From: a virus
Direction: 5' to 3' (one strand)
Virus record (IMG/VR): IMGVR_UViG_3300008448_000040
Coordinates: 14,725-78,724 of that record
Length of the DNA: 64,000 bases
The notes below the pieces were generated by a model, which was given only the letters and a program-made list of their open reading frames with translations, ran no database searches and was not told the origin of the DNA. The position numbers and the translations under genes were made by a program. This document shows, piece by piece, positions 30,035 through 39,562 of this stretch (position 1 is its first letter; each line of letters starts with the position of its first letter).

Positions 30035-30064
30035 ATTCTCAACATTAAATGATTTTAAGTCAAC
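30035..30064 (-). promoter_or_regulatory. Early sigma70-type promoter inside a long inverted repeat
   Basis: TTGACT-17-GAGAAT. Confidence 0.7.
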
Positions 30065-30576
30065 AGTCTTGGAGAAGAATCATCGATTGCTGAAAGAATA
30101 TTGCGAATTGTGTGGTCAAAATCACCGGTATGGTGAACAGCTACCCCTTTTTTGGCGACCCATTGTTCAACATTTTCCGGTTTATCGTCAATTAGGATGT
30201 CGCCTGGCTTGCACCAATTCTGTTTATCACGTGAAAATGGGCCAAAATTGATTGGAAGACCAGGAAAGTACTTGTTCAACCACCTAGTTTTGTCGTCTCT
30301 TGACGTTGGCATCGTTTGTTCACGTGGAATGGCGGTCAAAAAACTGACGTTAAAGCGAGTTGAGAATGATTTGCAAAGGGCAACAAGTGTAGTTGACTCG
30401 GGAATCAATTCTAGTTGGTAGTAAAAATTATCAATTTCTGATATTTTCTGCCATTCTTCAGCTGTAAGGTCGTAAACTCCCCATCCAATCTTGCGGCCAA
30501 GTAGGTTTGACACGAATTTATCGAAGTCTGCTACGACTCCGTCCATATCAATGTAGATTGATCTTTCGCTATTCAT
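30055..30576 (-). CDS. HAD-family 5'(3')-deoxyribonucleotidase
   Basis: IDMDGVVADF, ILIDD. Confidence 0.85.
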   Translation of the reverse strand: MNSERSIYIDMDGVVADFDKFVSNLLGRKIGWGVYDLTAEEWQKISEIDNFYYQLELIPESTTLVALCKSFSTRFNVSFLTAIPREQTMPTSRDDKTRWLNKYFPGLPINFGPFSRDKQNWCKPGDILIDDKPENVEQWVAKKGVAVHHTGDFDHTIRNILSAIDDSSPRLLT

Positions 30577-30583
30577 AGTATCC

Positions 30584-30976
30584 TCAAAAGTTATCGTCGT
30601 ATGGTCGTAGGCTTGCTTGATACTCGTTATATTTCTGTTGGATTAATTTAATTAGTTTTGGATCTCTATACTCGTAGATGTCTTCGATATGAAGAGTTAT
30701 GATTGGTTTATTGAATGCAAATTCAATCATCTTTTGTCTCACGACAATTTCATGCTCAGATTCCATACAGATAATTTCATCTGCCCATTGAATTAGATCT
30801 TCGGTTAGAGGAATGAGCGCATAGGGAGCCGTCCCAACATTTCTAGTATTGAAATCGTATGGATATTGGCAAAGGACGTGAGCAGCAGTTGCAGAACGTA
30901 GTATGCCGGCAGAGCAAACACAAAGAACACGTTTATAATCTCCCTGGTAGCTATTAGAACGAACCCCATATGTCAT
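30584..30976 (-). CDS. Low-molecular-weight protein tyrosine phosphatase-like protein
   Basis: VLCVCSAGILRS (CX5R), WADEIICME. Confidence 0.75.
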   Translation of the reverse strand: MTYGVRSNSYQGDYKRVLCVCSAGILRSATAAHVLCQYPYDFNTRNVGTAPYALIPLTEDLIQWADEIICMESEHEIVVRQKMIEFAFNKPIITLHIEDIYEYRDPKLIKLIQQKYNEYQASLRPYDDNF

Positions 30977-31143
30977 AGTATACTTCCAATCAATAGTCCT
31001 AATAGAAAAGTAATAAAAGGGCTAGTCATCATCATAACAAACCAGTGCTTACCATGGCGTTTACGATATTCCAGGTAGGCTCTTTCTTCGCAGTCTTTTC
31101 CTCCGTGGCATATTCCACCGCAGCACTGTCTTATTAGTCTCAT
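30973..31143 (-). CDS. Small Cys-rich membrane-anchored protein
   Basis: MRLIRQCCGGICHGGKDC...FITFLLGLLIGSIL; ATGA overlap. Confidence 0.5.
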   Translation of the reverse strand: MRLIRQCCGGICHGGKDCEERAYLEYRKRHGKHWFVMMMTSPFITFLLGLLIGSIL

Positions 31144-31173
31144 TTTACCTTCCCGGAAAAAATTTAAAAAATT

Positions 31174-31473
31174 TTAGTCTATAGTACCATCGCCATAATC
31201 ATAATCATCAGAGATACTATTATGGAGAGCCATGAAGCCGCAGTTCATACCTCTTGCGTACATATCAGGCTGAAACCCAAAGACTTCGTAGAGGGCGTAC
31301 CTATATGATCCTTTATCTATCAATTCTGCTTTCACGATTCTGGATACGACAGCGTGGAAAGCGTTACATTTATCCTCATAGGAGAGATTCTGCCAGAACT
31401 TCGCAGCATCGTCGTTATCAGCTATTCTTTGTTTCTCGAATAGTTCTGAGATCTTATTCAGCTCGTCATCCAT
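31174..31473 (-). CDS. Hypothetical protein
   Basis: ORF in co-directional array. Confidence 0.65.
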   Translation of the reverse strand: MDDELNKISELFEKQRIADNDDAAKFWQNLSYEDKCNAFHAVVSRIVKAELIDKGSYRYALYEVFGFQPDMYARGMNCGFMALHNSISDDYDYGDGTID

Positions 31474-31474
31474 T

Positions 31475-31750
31475 TTACTGTATCCTATTCGTATTCAGTT
31501 CACGATTGTATTGTGATTCGATACTATTGCTAGGATCTGGTCCTCTGTACTTGATATTCGATTCTTCTGGTATGCCAAATGCATTTCGAATGTTTTTGCG
31601 ATCTGCTTGGCTCATACAAATAGATGCACAGTGGTTTGCAATCATCTGAGCAAATTTTTCTAGAGTTGATTCCCATTTCTCTCGATCCGTACCAAGTCCG
31701 TACACGTCGATATGGGATGTTCTTTCGAACTCTCTGATAAGGTTGTTCAT
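31475..31750 (-). CDS. Hypothetical protein, KFAxxIxxxCA family
   Basis: EKFAQMIANHCASIC. Confidence 0.65.
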   Translation of the reverse strand: MNNLIREFERTSHIDVYGLGTDREKWESTLEKFAQMIANHCASICMSQADRKNIRNAFGIPEESNIKYRGPDPSNSIESQYNRELNTNRIQ

Positions 31751-31959
31751 TCTTCAACTCCGAAATGTTTCATTATTGTCTTATCAATTCTACGCTGGTA
31801 TTGTTCATCTGTGAACGTCAATGGAAACAATGAGGCACATTCTTGTACGATTAACTTTGCAAATTTTTTTGAATCGAAATGTAGCTGTCCGTCTACCAGG
31901 GTACCATCAACTCGATGACTCCAGCATTGCTTTTCTATCTCTTGGATTATGTCGTTCAT
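31747..31959 (-). CDS. Hypothetical protein, KFAxxIxxxCA family
   Basis: KKFAKLIVQECA...HFGVEE. Confidence 0.65.
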   Translation of the reverse strand: MNDIIQEIEKQCWSHRVDGTLVDGQLHFDSKKFAKLIVQECASLFPLTFTDEQYQRRIDKTIMKHFGVEE

Positions 31960-32210
31960 TCTATCAGAGTCCTATTTTGAATGTCCCAATATCTTTCGAC
32001 TGCCTTCTTGGCATACTCTTGTTCAAGATAGTGGCCAAGAGGCTTCTCGTCATCCAATTTGAAAGCATACTCAAAGTTACCAGTATTGACAACAGCTGCC
32101 CAGATATCTTGTAGGGCCACCTTAAATGATGACCCTACAATCATTCCGGTTTCAGTATCAAAGTAATGCCACTTTGAGTTTCTTTCACGCCATTCGAATT
32201 TCCTGGCCAT
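31956..32210 (-). CDS. Hypothetical protein
   Basis: Coupled ORF. Confidence 0.6.
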   Translation of the reverse strand: MARKFEWRERNSKWHYFDTETGMIVGSSFKVALQDIWAAVVNTGNFEYAFKLDDEKPLGHYLEQEYAKKAVERYWDIQNRTLIE

Positions 32211-32380
32211 TATAGATTCTTCGTTTCATAACATAGGAATACACCTAAGCCAAGTACTCCCAACCCTACGATCAAATCACCACTAAGTAGAGTCAATACT
32301 CCATTAAGAATATTCAACAATCCCAGCGTAAGCATAATAGCAACACGCTTGTTCCAGAAAAATTCACTAATTCTTTTCAT
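32210..32380 (-). CDS. Small two-TM membrane protein
   Basis: Two hydrophobic segments; start moved to MKRIS after AAGGA. Confidence 0.55.
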   Translation of the reverse strand: MKRISEFFWNKRVAIMLTLGLLNILNGVLTLLSGDLIVGLGVLGLGVFLCYETKNL

Positions 32381-32488
32381 CTCTATTTCCTTTCGAAAGT
32401 TTATGTAATACCAACCCAATCACAATACCAATACCCAAATACAATAGATCCATCAGCATATAACCCCTATCTCAAATACAGCAAAGCG

Positions 32489-32518
32489 ATTATACCAGAA
32501 TTGTAGTAAGAGCACAAC
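32489..32518 (-). promoter_or_regulatory. sigma70-type promoter
   Basis: TTGTGC-17-TATAAT with extended TG. Confidence 0.55.
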
Positions 32519-32599
32519 GGTTAATAAAATAGTAACTGCCCATATTTATTGTTTTTTGGCGTGGAAAAATTTTCATACCAGCCAGTTTTTGAAACTCCA

Positions 32600-32772
32600 G
32601 TCTATTTTTGCCCCCGCCAGATGGGTACCAGAGGGGATTCGAATACCGGCCCGTAGTTGACTAGAGCACTACCGCTGCGGAATCTGCCCCCGCCGCGCAG
32701 GGTTCCGCGGCAGCGGTTCCCCTGCCGGCAGCTGCGCTACGCCAGCTGCGGTGTGCTGCAGCCAGCAGCCTT
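32600..32772. other. GC-rich non-coding multi-hairpin element
   Basis: ACCGCTG..CGGAA..TGC / GCA..TTCCG..CAGCGGT stem; GCAGCTG/CAGCTGC stem; TGCCCCCGCC twice. Confidence 0.6.
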
Positions 32773-32965
32773 CTTTAGGTAAAAAGCAATGTAGCGAAGA
32801 AGAAGCCCGCAGCGAACATGCATGCCCACACTACGTAGTCATCGATGTCCATGCTAGTCCCCGCAGAGGCGAGTTGCAACTAAGTCATACAGCTGCTCCT
32901 CGAGTCGTTGTTCAGCCAGCACAGCGGTATCCGTCATCAGCTGCAGTATAGTCCATTCGATTACC

Positions 32966-33238
32966 TTATTCATTCCAGCCCTCTCCTTTGAAATATGATA
33001 CCTGAACCTCGGTGCGTGGCCCGCCGGCATTGTAGTTTCGGTTTACTTTGTAGCCCCGTGCAGCCAGGAACCCATCGATGTTCTTGCGCTCGTCTGCCGC
33101 GCCGCAGTTGACATAGATGCAGGACTTCCTGCCGTACGTCTCGTTAGAGATGCCCTTTGCCTTCAGCCCCTTCTCAGCGAACTCATTGGTACCGAAGTAG
33201 AGCGAGAGGTCGTTGAATAATTGCTTCTTCGATTTCAT
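32966..33238 (-). CDS. Hypothetical protein
   Basis: Early-region ORF. Confidence 0.65.
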   Translation of the reverse strand: MKSKKQLFNDLSLYFGTNEFAEKGLKAKGISNETYGRKSCIYVNCGAADERKNIDGFLAARGYKVNRNYNAGGPRTEVQVSYFKGEGWNE

Positions 33239-33471
33239 AGGGTCACCTTGTAGGAGTCGATTACTACATCGTCGGAGTTGACTAGATCATACTCTACTTC
33301 TACAGGGGCAAACATCTTCGCGCCCTGCCGCATAAACTCCTTCAGCTCGCGACGTACCTCACTCGGAAACTCTTCCTCATACTCGTTGATGAACATGATG
33401 GCTTCCAGGATACCGTAGTTACGTGCTGCGCGAATATAATCAACTTCTGCCATTAGATTTGCAAACATCAT
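33235..33471 (-). CDS. Hypothetical protein
   Basis: GGAGG RBS before MMFAN. Confidence 0.6.
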   Translation of the reverse strand: MMFANLMAEVDYIRAARNYGILEAIMFINEYEEEFPSEVRRELKEFMRQGAKMFAPVEVEYDLVNSDDVVIDSYKVTL

Positions 33472-33625
33472 TCCACCTCCATCGGAACAACACACACATC
33501 GTTCTCGCCGCGCGACTCACCCAGCACCTCATCCATATAGATCAGTGCAGGGGCTTCCTTCGCGAAGATCTTACGGATCTCATCGAATCCGTCCACGTTC
33601 TCAATCACCACAAAAACCTTCTTCA

Positions 33626-33826
33626 TTACGCTGCCTCCTTGAAGATTGCTGCGTAGACACGCTCGCGAACCTCTGTGTCCCCTGCTTCGGCCAGATCAGG
33701 CACCTCTGAGATCTGCCGTAGGACACCACACACCTCAGCTGCCGTCCAGCCAATCTGCTTCGCAGCGATCACAACACCATCCACGACCCTGTTGCCGTAC
33801 TCTGAAAACATTCCGTAGTTCATCAT
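33626..33826 (-). CDS. Hypothetical protein
   Basis: AAGGAGG RBS. Confidence 0.65.
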   Translation of the reverse strand: MMNYGMFSEYGNRVVDGVVIAAKQIGWTAAEVCGVLRQISEVPDLAEAGDTEVRERVYAAIFKEAA

Positions 33827-34167
33827 ACTGCCTCCTTACCGTAGCCTGCTGGGATATCCTTGAGTGAATCCACCTTCGCGCGGTACCGTGCTTGCACATC
33901 TTCCTCTGCCTCACGGCGATCCATCATCTCGAACACGATGAACTTCGCGATGTTCAACTGCTTGCGGACACTCTCTGCTGCACGTGCACTCACGATCTTA
34001 CTGCCGCCTTCGATACCCGAGCCCATCGCTAGCAGCTCCTGGCAGTCACTCAAGATTCCTGCTACGACCATCTCCAAGCCAGACAACCGTGCGGTCAGTG
34101 ACTCGAGGTACTCCTCGCGGATGTCTTCCGCGCTCATGCCGTACATGCGCTTTTCTGCTTCATTCAT
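33823..34167 (-). CDS. Hypothetical protein
   Basis: AAGGAG RBS downstream of early promoter. Confidence 0.65.
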   Translation of the reverse strand: MNEAEKRMYGMSAEDIREEYLESLTARLSGLEMVVAGILSDCQELLAMGSGIEGGSKIVSARAAESVRKQLNIAKFIVFEMMDRREAEEDVQARYRAKVDSLKDIPAGYGKEAV

Positions 34168-34198
34168 TTTTGTCTCCTTTCGTTTGTTCATGTAGCCC

Positions 34199-34228
34199 AC
34201 TATCAACTTCAAACGAAATTAGATCAAC
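34199..34228 (-). promoter_or_regulatory. Early promoter
   Basis: TTGATC-17-GATAGT; shares TAATTTC spacer with other copies. Confidence 0.65.
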
Positions 34229-34273
34229 ATGCAAAACACCGCAGAAAACCAGGCTGGTTGCAATTATTTTCTG

Positions 34274-34630
34274 TTACAAGTATAGTAACTGGTTTCTCGC
34301 TAACTCGAGGTGCCGGCAGTCGCTGCGGAACTGAAACCCCTGGCAGGTACACGTAGCAGAGTCGTCCTGCAGGATAACAGTATACTCAGCTCCCCTGCTA
34401 CCCTCTACCTGCACGGAGACAATGTGCTTTACATTCTCCTTAGTCTCCCCTGCATAGTGCGAGACAAACTGGAATGTTCTGCCGCGTGTAGAGAAGCGTA
34501 TAGGCTGCTTGAACATCTGCAGCGGCTCTTCTCCGAGTATAGAGTATCCATGCATATATTGCTTCGATTCATCCAGCAAATACACATGGTTCGGAGTAGT
34601 CCAATCAGTTGTCTCTCTATAAAGATTCAT
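34274..34630 (-). CDS. SWIM zinc-finger protein
   Basis: GSRG..Y.V...CTCQGF...CRH. Confidence 0.75.
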   Translation of the reverse strand: MNLYRETTDWTTPNHVYLLDESKQYMHGYSILGEEPLQMFKQPIRFSTRGRTFQFVSHYAGETKENVKHIVSVQVEGSRGAEYTVILQDDSATCTCQGFQFRSDCRHLELARNQLLYL

Positions 34631-34701
34631 GTTTTCCCGCTGTATCTAATAGGTGCGATTCTACGAAATATTATATCGTGTGATACTAGTTTAAGGATAT
34701 A

Positions 34702-34896
34702 TTATAGCGTGATAGAGTATTTCTCTGACTCTAATTCCAGCTCTTCTATTGCTTGGTCTAGAGTCTCAAATCCTGTCACTGTATACCGCTCACCAAACTC
34801 CGGAGTCATTTTAAAATAATACTCTCCGTCTCCGTAGGCAGGATCTGTATCTCTACCTGCTTCTCCGTAAGCATTGTAGTATAAACAAATTTCCAT
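34702..34896 (-). CDS. Hypothetical protein
   Basis: Early-region ORF. Confidence 0.55.
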   Translation of the reverse strand: MEICLYYNAYGEAGRDTDPAYGDGEYYFKMTPEFGERYTVTGFETLDQAIEELELESEKYSITL

Positions 34897-35222
34897 TAAT
34901 TTGTATTCTCCAATCGTGCTTGCTCGACAAGGGTCAGAATATCGGCTATCTGTACTTCTGTTATGTGATTAGAGTATGAATCTAGCTGCCCTCTGATCTC
35001 ACACAAGTAGATAAACTTGTTCATTAGCTTGTCAATGTACTCTTGATTGTTATTCATTCTCTAGCTCCTCTTCTTTGGACAGTAGGAAGTCGTTGTATAG
35101 TACATCGAAGAATATTGGATCTACTTCGCGCAGGACTCTTCCCGCAGCGAATTCAACTCCTAGTATTTTGTAGGGAGGATACGTCTCATCCATCATATCT
35201 TGGAAGTCATCTTTGGTGAACA

Positions 35223-35411
35223 TTACTCTGCTCCTAGTAGGATTAATTCGATCTTTTTCATCTGATCAGCATTGATACGAAGGAAGTTGGTCTTCTTGCC
35301 CAGCGTTAGAATTTGAATGTCAAATCCGTACGGAAAGTTCTCATCTGTCAGCGGAATCGGAGCAACCTGAAATAATTGCTGCTCAATGTAATTCTGTTCA
35401 GCTAGCGTCAT
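35223..35411 (-). CDS. Hypothetical protein
   Basis: GAGGA RBS. Confidence 0.6.
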   Translation of the reverse strand: MTLAEQNYIEQQLFQVAPIPLTDENFPYGFDIQILTLGKKTNFLRINADQMKKIELILLGAE

Positions 35412-35578
35412 AGTATCCTCTTAGTAAGCAATAGTGTGAACTGGCTCGAGCTTGCTGATATAGAAGATCTTGCCGTTTGAAAGCATGCGTGCAGTACGCG
35501 ATGAGTTCTTCATGTAATCATTGCCGTTTAGATGAAACAAGCGGCCGATTCGAATGTACGAGAATTCTACTGCTGGAT

Positions 35579-35758
35579 TCATACACGCTCCATGTCAATC
35601 ACAAAATCAACCAGCTCGGCGAACAAATCATATGCCTCGCCAAACGAAAGACCCTCATCAACCATCCTATCAAGAATGATTTCCATGTACTCAAACCCCA
35701 TGTCCTTGGGCATCGACAAGTACGTGCGAACTGGCTCGTAGTAAGTGCTTATTACCAT
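35579..35758 (-). CDS. Hypothetical protein
   Basis: GGAG RBS downstream of early promoter. Confidence 0.6.
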   Translation of the reverse strand: MVISTYYEPVRTYLSMPKDMGFEYMEIILDRMVDEGLSFGEAYDLFAELVDFVIDMERV

Positions 35759-35791
35759 TTTTGTATCTCCATTCATCGTTTCAGTACCCCC

Positions 35792-35821
35792 ACTATCGCG
35801 AAACGATGAAATTAGGTCAAC
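35792..35821 (-). promoter_or_regulatory. Early promoter
   Basis: TTGACC-17-GATAGT. Confidence 0.7.
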
Positions 35822-35904
35822 AACGAAAAGCCCGCAGAAATGCAGGCTGTTGAATTAATTAATTTGAAATAGTAAAATGCTAACTTTTTTACTGCTGCGG
35901 GACG

Positions 35905-36144
35905 TTAATGCAGCTGCAAATCATCAGTTGCTTGAAAGATAGGAATTGAGTCTCTCGTCTTGTGAATATGATCAGTGATTTTGATGAAATCTTCATCTGG
36001 CAAGACTGTCTTGTAAATCATCATTCCAAGCTGAATAGCACTTGCTGCCACAATAAGAGGATCTTTAGTCTCCTCTACCAACTCAGTAGATAGATTGGTA
36101 AACCTAGTAAATGTTTTTAGCATTGCTTCATCAGCTTTAGACAT
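35905..36144 (-). CDS. Hypothetical protein
   Basis: AAGGA RBS. Confidence 0.55.
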   Translation of the reverse strand: MSKADEAMLKTFTRFTNLSTELVEETKDPLIVAASAIQLGMMIYKTVLPDEDFIKITDHIHKTRDSIPIFQATDDLQLH

Positions 36145-36373
36145 TTGTTTCATCCTTGTAATTAACGAGCGTAGCAAAACACTCAAAGTCACCCCACGTC
36201 ATAGAGAACGATTGCCTAGTACCATTCTTCTCAATAATGCAATCAAACCCCTCAGTGTTAGACCATTCCGTCACTTCCATAAAACAATCTTCACCAGAGA
36301 AAAAACAATATGGCTTGATCCGCTGAGACTTGGCCAACCTTCTATACTTTTCAATCACAACTCTCTCCTTCAC
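36137..36373 (-). CDS. Hypothetical protein
   Basis: EVTEWSNTEGFD; coupled ORF. Confidence 0.6.
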   Translation of the reverse strand: MKERVVIEKYRRLAKSQRIKPYCFFSGEDCFMEVTEWSNTEGFDCIIEKNGTRQSFSMTWGDFECFATLVNYKDETNV

Positions 36374-36581
36374 TTGGATTCAATACATCTGGAGGCACAC
36401 TAATGTTAAAATGCCTAAAGATCGCTGCCTTGTCATGCTTCGATCTACAAAAAGAAGCACACTCTAAACAAACAAGATATAAGAACTTCTCGTTGTACAC
36501 TTCTATCCACTTGTCAGTCGATACCCCATGCGGCACTAACCTCTTCGCCTCAAGCGATATCCTCTTTGCTATCGTTTCCAT
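36351..36581 (-). CDS. Hypothetical protein, KFAxxIxxxCA family
   Basis: EKFLYLVCLECASFC...HF. Confidence 0.55.
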   Translation of the reverse strand: METIAKRISLEAKRLVPHGVSTDKWIEVYNEKFLYLVCLECASFCRSKHDKAAIFRHFNISVPPDVLNPSEGESCD

Positions 36582-36810
36582 GTATAAAGTACCCCTCTAT
36601 CCTCCTAGCAGCTCCAGCACTAGTCATCTGCGTATTGGTTCCCTCATTACATATCTGCACACACTTCGCAATAATCAACCACGCAAATAGTTCCAACTCA
36701 TAATCATAATTACACGACCAATCAACACCACCCCCAGAAGGTCCCCAAGGCTCATCCATCCACAAATTGAACCCAGCCTCCTCCACAAAAGATAATATCC
36801 GCTCGTTCAT
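36550..36810 (-). CDS. Hypothetical protein, KFAxxIxxxCA family
   Basis: MNERI...ELFAWLIIAKCVQIC. Confidence 0.6.
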   Translation of the reverse strand: MNERILSFVEEAGFNLWMDEPWGPSGGGVDWSCNYDYELELFAWLIIAKCVQICNEGTNTQMTSAGAARRIEGYFIHGNDSKEDIA

Positions 36811-36897
36811 CGTGCAATCGCAATCAAACAAAATACAAAGAACCCAACATACAAACAGAACTTACTCAAGAACGGAAAGAACTTGACTGGCGGATGA

Positions 36898-37122
36898 TTA
36901 ACGATCTTCGTTTCCATATCTGACTCCTGTATATTTGTAAAATTTACGCAATGCCTTACCATACTCAAGGTCTAATTCTAAGACAACATCCCCGACAAAA
37001 CTCTCACCACTTTCGAGTACATTGATCTCATAAATTGAATACTTCCTCGTTCTACAATCATATCCGAGCGTTGGTGATAACCACATATCTGCCTCTTCCT
37101 CCATAATGACATCAGAACTCAC
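36898..37122 (-). CDS. Hypothetical protein
   Basis: Early-region ORF. Confidence 0.55.
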   Translation of the reverse strand: MSSDVIMEEEADMWLSPTLGYDCRTRKYSIYEINVLESGESFVGDVVLELDLEYGKALRKFYKYTGVRYGNEDR

Positions 37123-37330
37123 CTAACTTTCCTGCTAGCATCTTGACAGCACGACTAGCAGATTCGTTTGCACTAGCATGAGCATAATCATTCGACAGCG
37201 AATTAAACCCATCAAAAAATACCCACTCACCAGATTCATTCTTCGTCTCAACAACGATATCATACTGCTTGTCAAAAGGACTCCCATCATGAACAATCCT
37301 CACATTACCAAAATCTTGAGCAACATACAT
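37112..37330 (-). CDS. Hypothetical protein
   Basis: GGAGG RBS. Confidence 0.6.
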   Translation of the reverse strand: MYVAQDFGNVRIVHDGSPFDKQYDIVVETKNESGEWVFFDGFNSLSNDYAHASANESASRAVKMLAGKLGEF

Positions 37331-37515
37331 TATTTGATCCTCCTACGCGATGGCATTGCGAACATACTATCCTCTGGAATACCACGCTTAGCAATCGCAC
37401 CAAGCAACGCATACGATCCACCAAACGCTTGATAAGGATTACGCTTCACCTTCTTCTCTGGATATACTGTAACAGTAATACCCTCTGCATTGACATAAGA
37501 ACCAATCGGCTTCAT
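37330..37515 (-). CDS. Hypothetical protein
   Basis: Coupled ORF. Confidence 0.55.
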   Translation of the reverse strand: MKPIGSYVNAEGITVTVYPEKKVKRNPYQAFGGSYALLGAIAKRGIPEDSMFAMPSRRRIK

Positions 37516-37865
37516 ACGTACCCCATCTTCTTTAGATAACCAAACGGAAGACCATTAACGAACTCGAAACTCTCGATTTCATTTTCAAAATTTTCTGCTC
37601 GCAAGAACCAACCTACAATAGCCTTACGATTAGAACAATCATGCATCAGATTGTCAATGCGATCTTCAAATTCTTCTGCAGCCATCTTGAAACCTTCTTC
37701 TTCATCCTCAATAGCACGATTAAGATCAGCTAGCATGCTATCCCACAACGCTTGCTTCTGCTCAGGATTGAATGCTGCAAATGTAGCCCAGAAACCACTG
37801 TCCGGACGAAACCCATACGCGTCCTTGTGCAAATCGCTAATGACGTTCTCATCGAATGTGTACAT
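37512..37865 (-). CDS. Conserved hypothetical phage protein
   Basis: SDLHKDAYGFRP motif; GAGGAG RBS. Confidence 0.7.
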   Translation of the reverse strand: MYTFDENVISDLHKDAYGFRPDSGFWATFAAFNPEQKQALWDSMLADLNRAIEDEEEGFKMAAEEFEDRIDNLMHDCSNRKAIVGWFLRAENFENEIESFEFVNGLPFGYLKKMGYV

Positions 37866-37893
37866 ATCAACTCCTCATCAATTCAGTAAGGCA

Positions 37894-37923
37894 AGTATGA
37901 GGGTATTTCGAAATTAGGTCAAC
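37894..37923 (-). promoter_or_regulatory. Early promoter
   Basis: TTGACC-17-CATACT. Confidence 0.7.
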
Positions 37924-37926
37924 ATG

Positions 37927-38319
37927 CTAAACATCGCATTCTACGCGGTATTCCAGTTCTTTTTCAAATAATTCTGCTAACCAATCAGTAAGATCTTGTG
38001 TTTCTAAAATAGCAAATATATGATCGGTCGTGAGCTCACAGAGCGGAACCCACGTAAGTGGCTTCTTACCATCCTTGCCTCGGGTGCCCCACGCAAATCC
38101 TTGCCGTATATCTTCGAAGGGATCATCTACAGTGAGCGAGAACTCAGTGTACGGAGCATCATCATGAATTATACGTCTTGTATAGTCGAGACCACCATCA
38201 ACCATGTACTCTCTACCATTCTTATCAGTGTATACTTTATAGTCATGTCTATGATAAGATTGCAGAACAGTACCATCTGGAGTGATGATTCTGTTACAAA
38301 CGAGTTGTGGATTAGCCAT
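37927..38319 (-). CDS. Conserved hypothetical phage protein
   Basis: TPDGTVLQSYHRHDY, YMVDGGLDY, WGTRGKDG. Confidence 0.7.
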   Translation of the reverse strand: MANPQLVCNRIITPDGTVLQSYHRHDYKVYTDKNGREYMVDGGLDYTRRIIHDDAPYTEFSLTVDDPFEDIRQGFAWGTRGKDGKKPLTWVPLCELTTDHIFAILETQDLTDWLAELFEKELEYRVECDV

Positions 38320-38494
38320 AGTATTTTACTCTCACATTGGTTATATCTTCACAAGTTAGATAGTAGGCAACAGTCTGTTCTGTTGTCTTTTTATCCAAAG
38401 TTCTAAGATAGTCTTCGTATTTTACTTTACCGCCATACAACAAACGAGTAAAGTAAATACAAAACTTATACCCTCCGTTCTTCATACAAACTCC

Positions 38495-39373
38495 TTAGTT
38501 GACCAACATATACTTAGCAAGTTGCTCCCAGTCCTTATCACCAGCCTGACGAATCTTAGCTACATTGATAAGAGTACGCAGGTTGATCTCACGAGCCTCG
38601 TTACGATTAGTCTTCAGAAACTCAAACGCCTCGAACTTCATTACAGAAGGAACATTAGGCAAGAAGTTATCACGATTGACAATAAACTCCATACGATCGA
38701 TCTTCTGATCAACAGTCATCGATAAGTCTACACACATCGAACGACTACGAATAGCCTGATTGATCTTATCCTGAGTCAAGTTAGATACAAAGATCACACC
38801 ACCAGTAAACTGGAACATAGACGGAATGTTATCGTCCGAGAAGCTAGTGTTCCAAGTAATATAACGCTTGTCGTACGAGTCAAGAGCACCCTTCAGAAGG
38901 TTCAACGCATCTGGATCCTTCAGAATAGAATCACAATCGTCAAACACAACAGTAGCATTCCTGTGCTCATACAACAACTTGAACAAACCCTTAGGTGTAG
39001 AGTATCCCTTGATCACAACGAACATAGTCTCGTCAGTCTCAACAGAACCGATATCTACATCCGCAATAAGATCCGTCACATTACGAAGACCAGCGCGCTC
39101 CAAAGAATCAATAACAGTGTGAGTCTTACCTAGACCACCTTCACCAGTAATCACAACCGATGGAGTAATACGCTTAGCGATCATGTCGACGATCTTACCG
39201 ACGAACTCAAAACGTTGATTGATAGGAAACTCAACAGCCTTGTTGTCAACCGCAGGCTCGTCAACATATCCATCGATCTTCTGCTTCAAGTAATACTTAG
39301 ACTTGGAACGAGCAACCTCGATACCAGCAGAGTTATAAGCAACAAATACACCACCTAAGTTCTTGATTTCCAT
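38495..39373 (-). CDS. AAA-family ATPase
   Basis: Walker A GEGGLGKT, Walker B VVFDDCD, AIRSR. Confidence 0.85.
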   Translation of the reverse strand: MEIKNLGGVFVAYNSAGIEVARSKSKYYLKQKIDGYVDEPAVDNKAVEFPINQRFEFVGKIVDMIAKRITPSVVITGEGGLGKTHTVIDSLERAGLRNVTDLIADVDIGSVETDETMFVVIKGYSTPKGLFKLLYEHRNATVVFDDCDSILKDPDALNLLKGALDSYDKRYITWNTSFSDDNIPSMFQFTGGVIFVSNLTQDKINQAIRSRSMCVDLSMTVDQKIDRMEFIVNRDNFLPNVPSVMKFEAFEFLKTNRNEAREINLRTLINVAKIRQAGDKDWEQLAKYMLVN

Positions 39374-39562
39374 GTTATTGCATCCCATAGTAAGTAGCAT
39401 CCATATCGTACGAGTAAGATGCATATCGCATCATCTCTTCGTTAGCACACAATGCATCAACATACTCATTATACACAATCTCAGCCTGCTCGTCAATAGC
39501 AAGCTGAGCTAGGTCTCTTAACAAAGTATTAACATCCATGATTCCTCCCAAACAATAAGGAG

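Noticed and set aside
32620-32655. tRNA-like TTCGAAT T-loop
   Set aside because: No matching T-stem or cloverleaf
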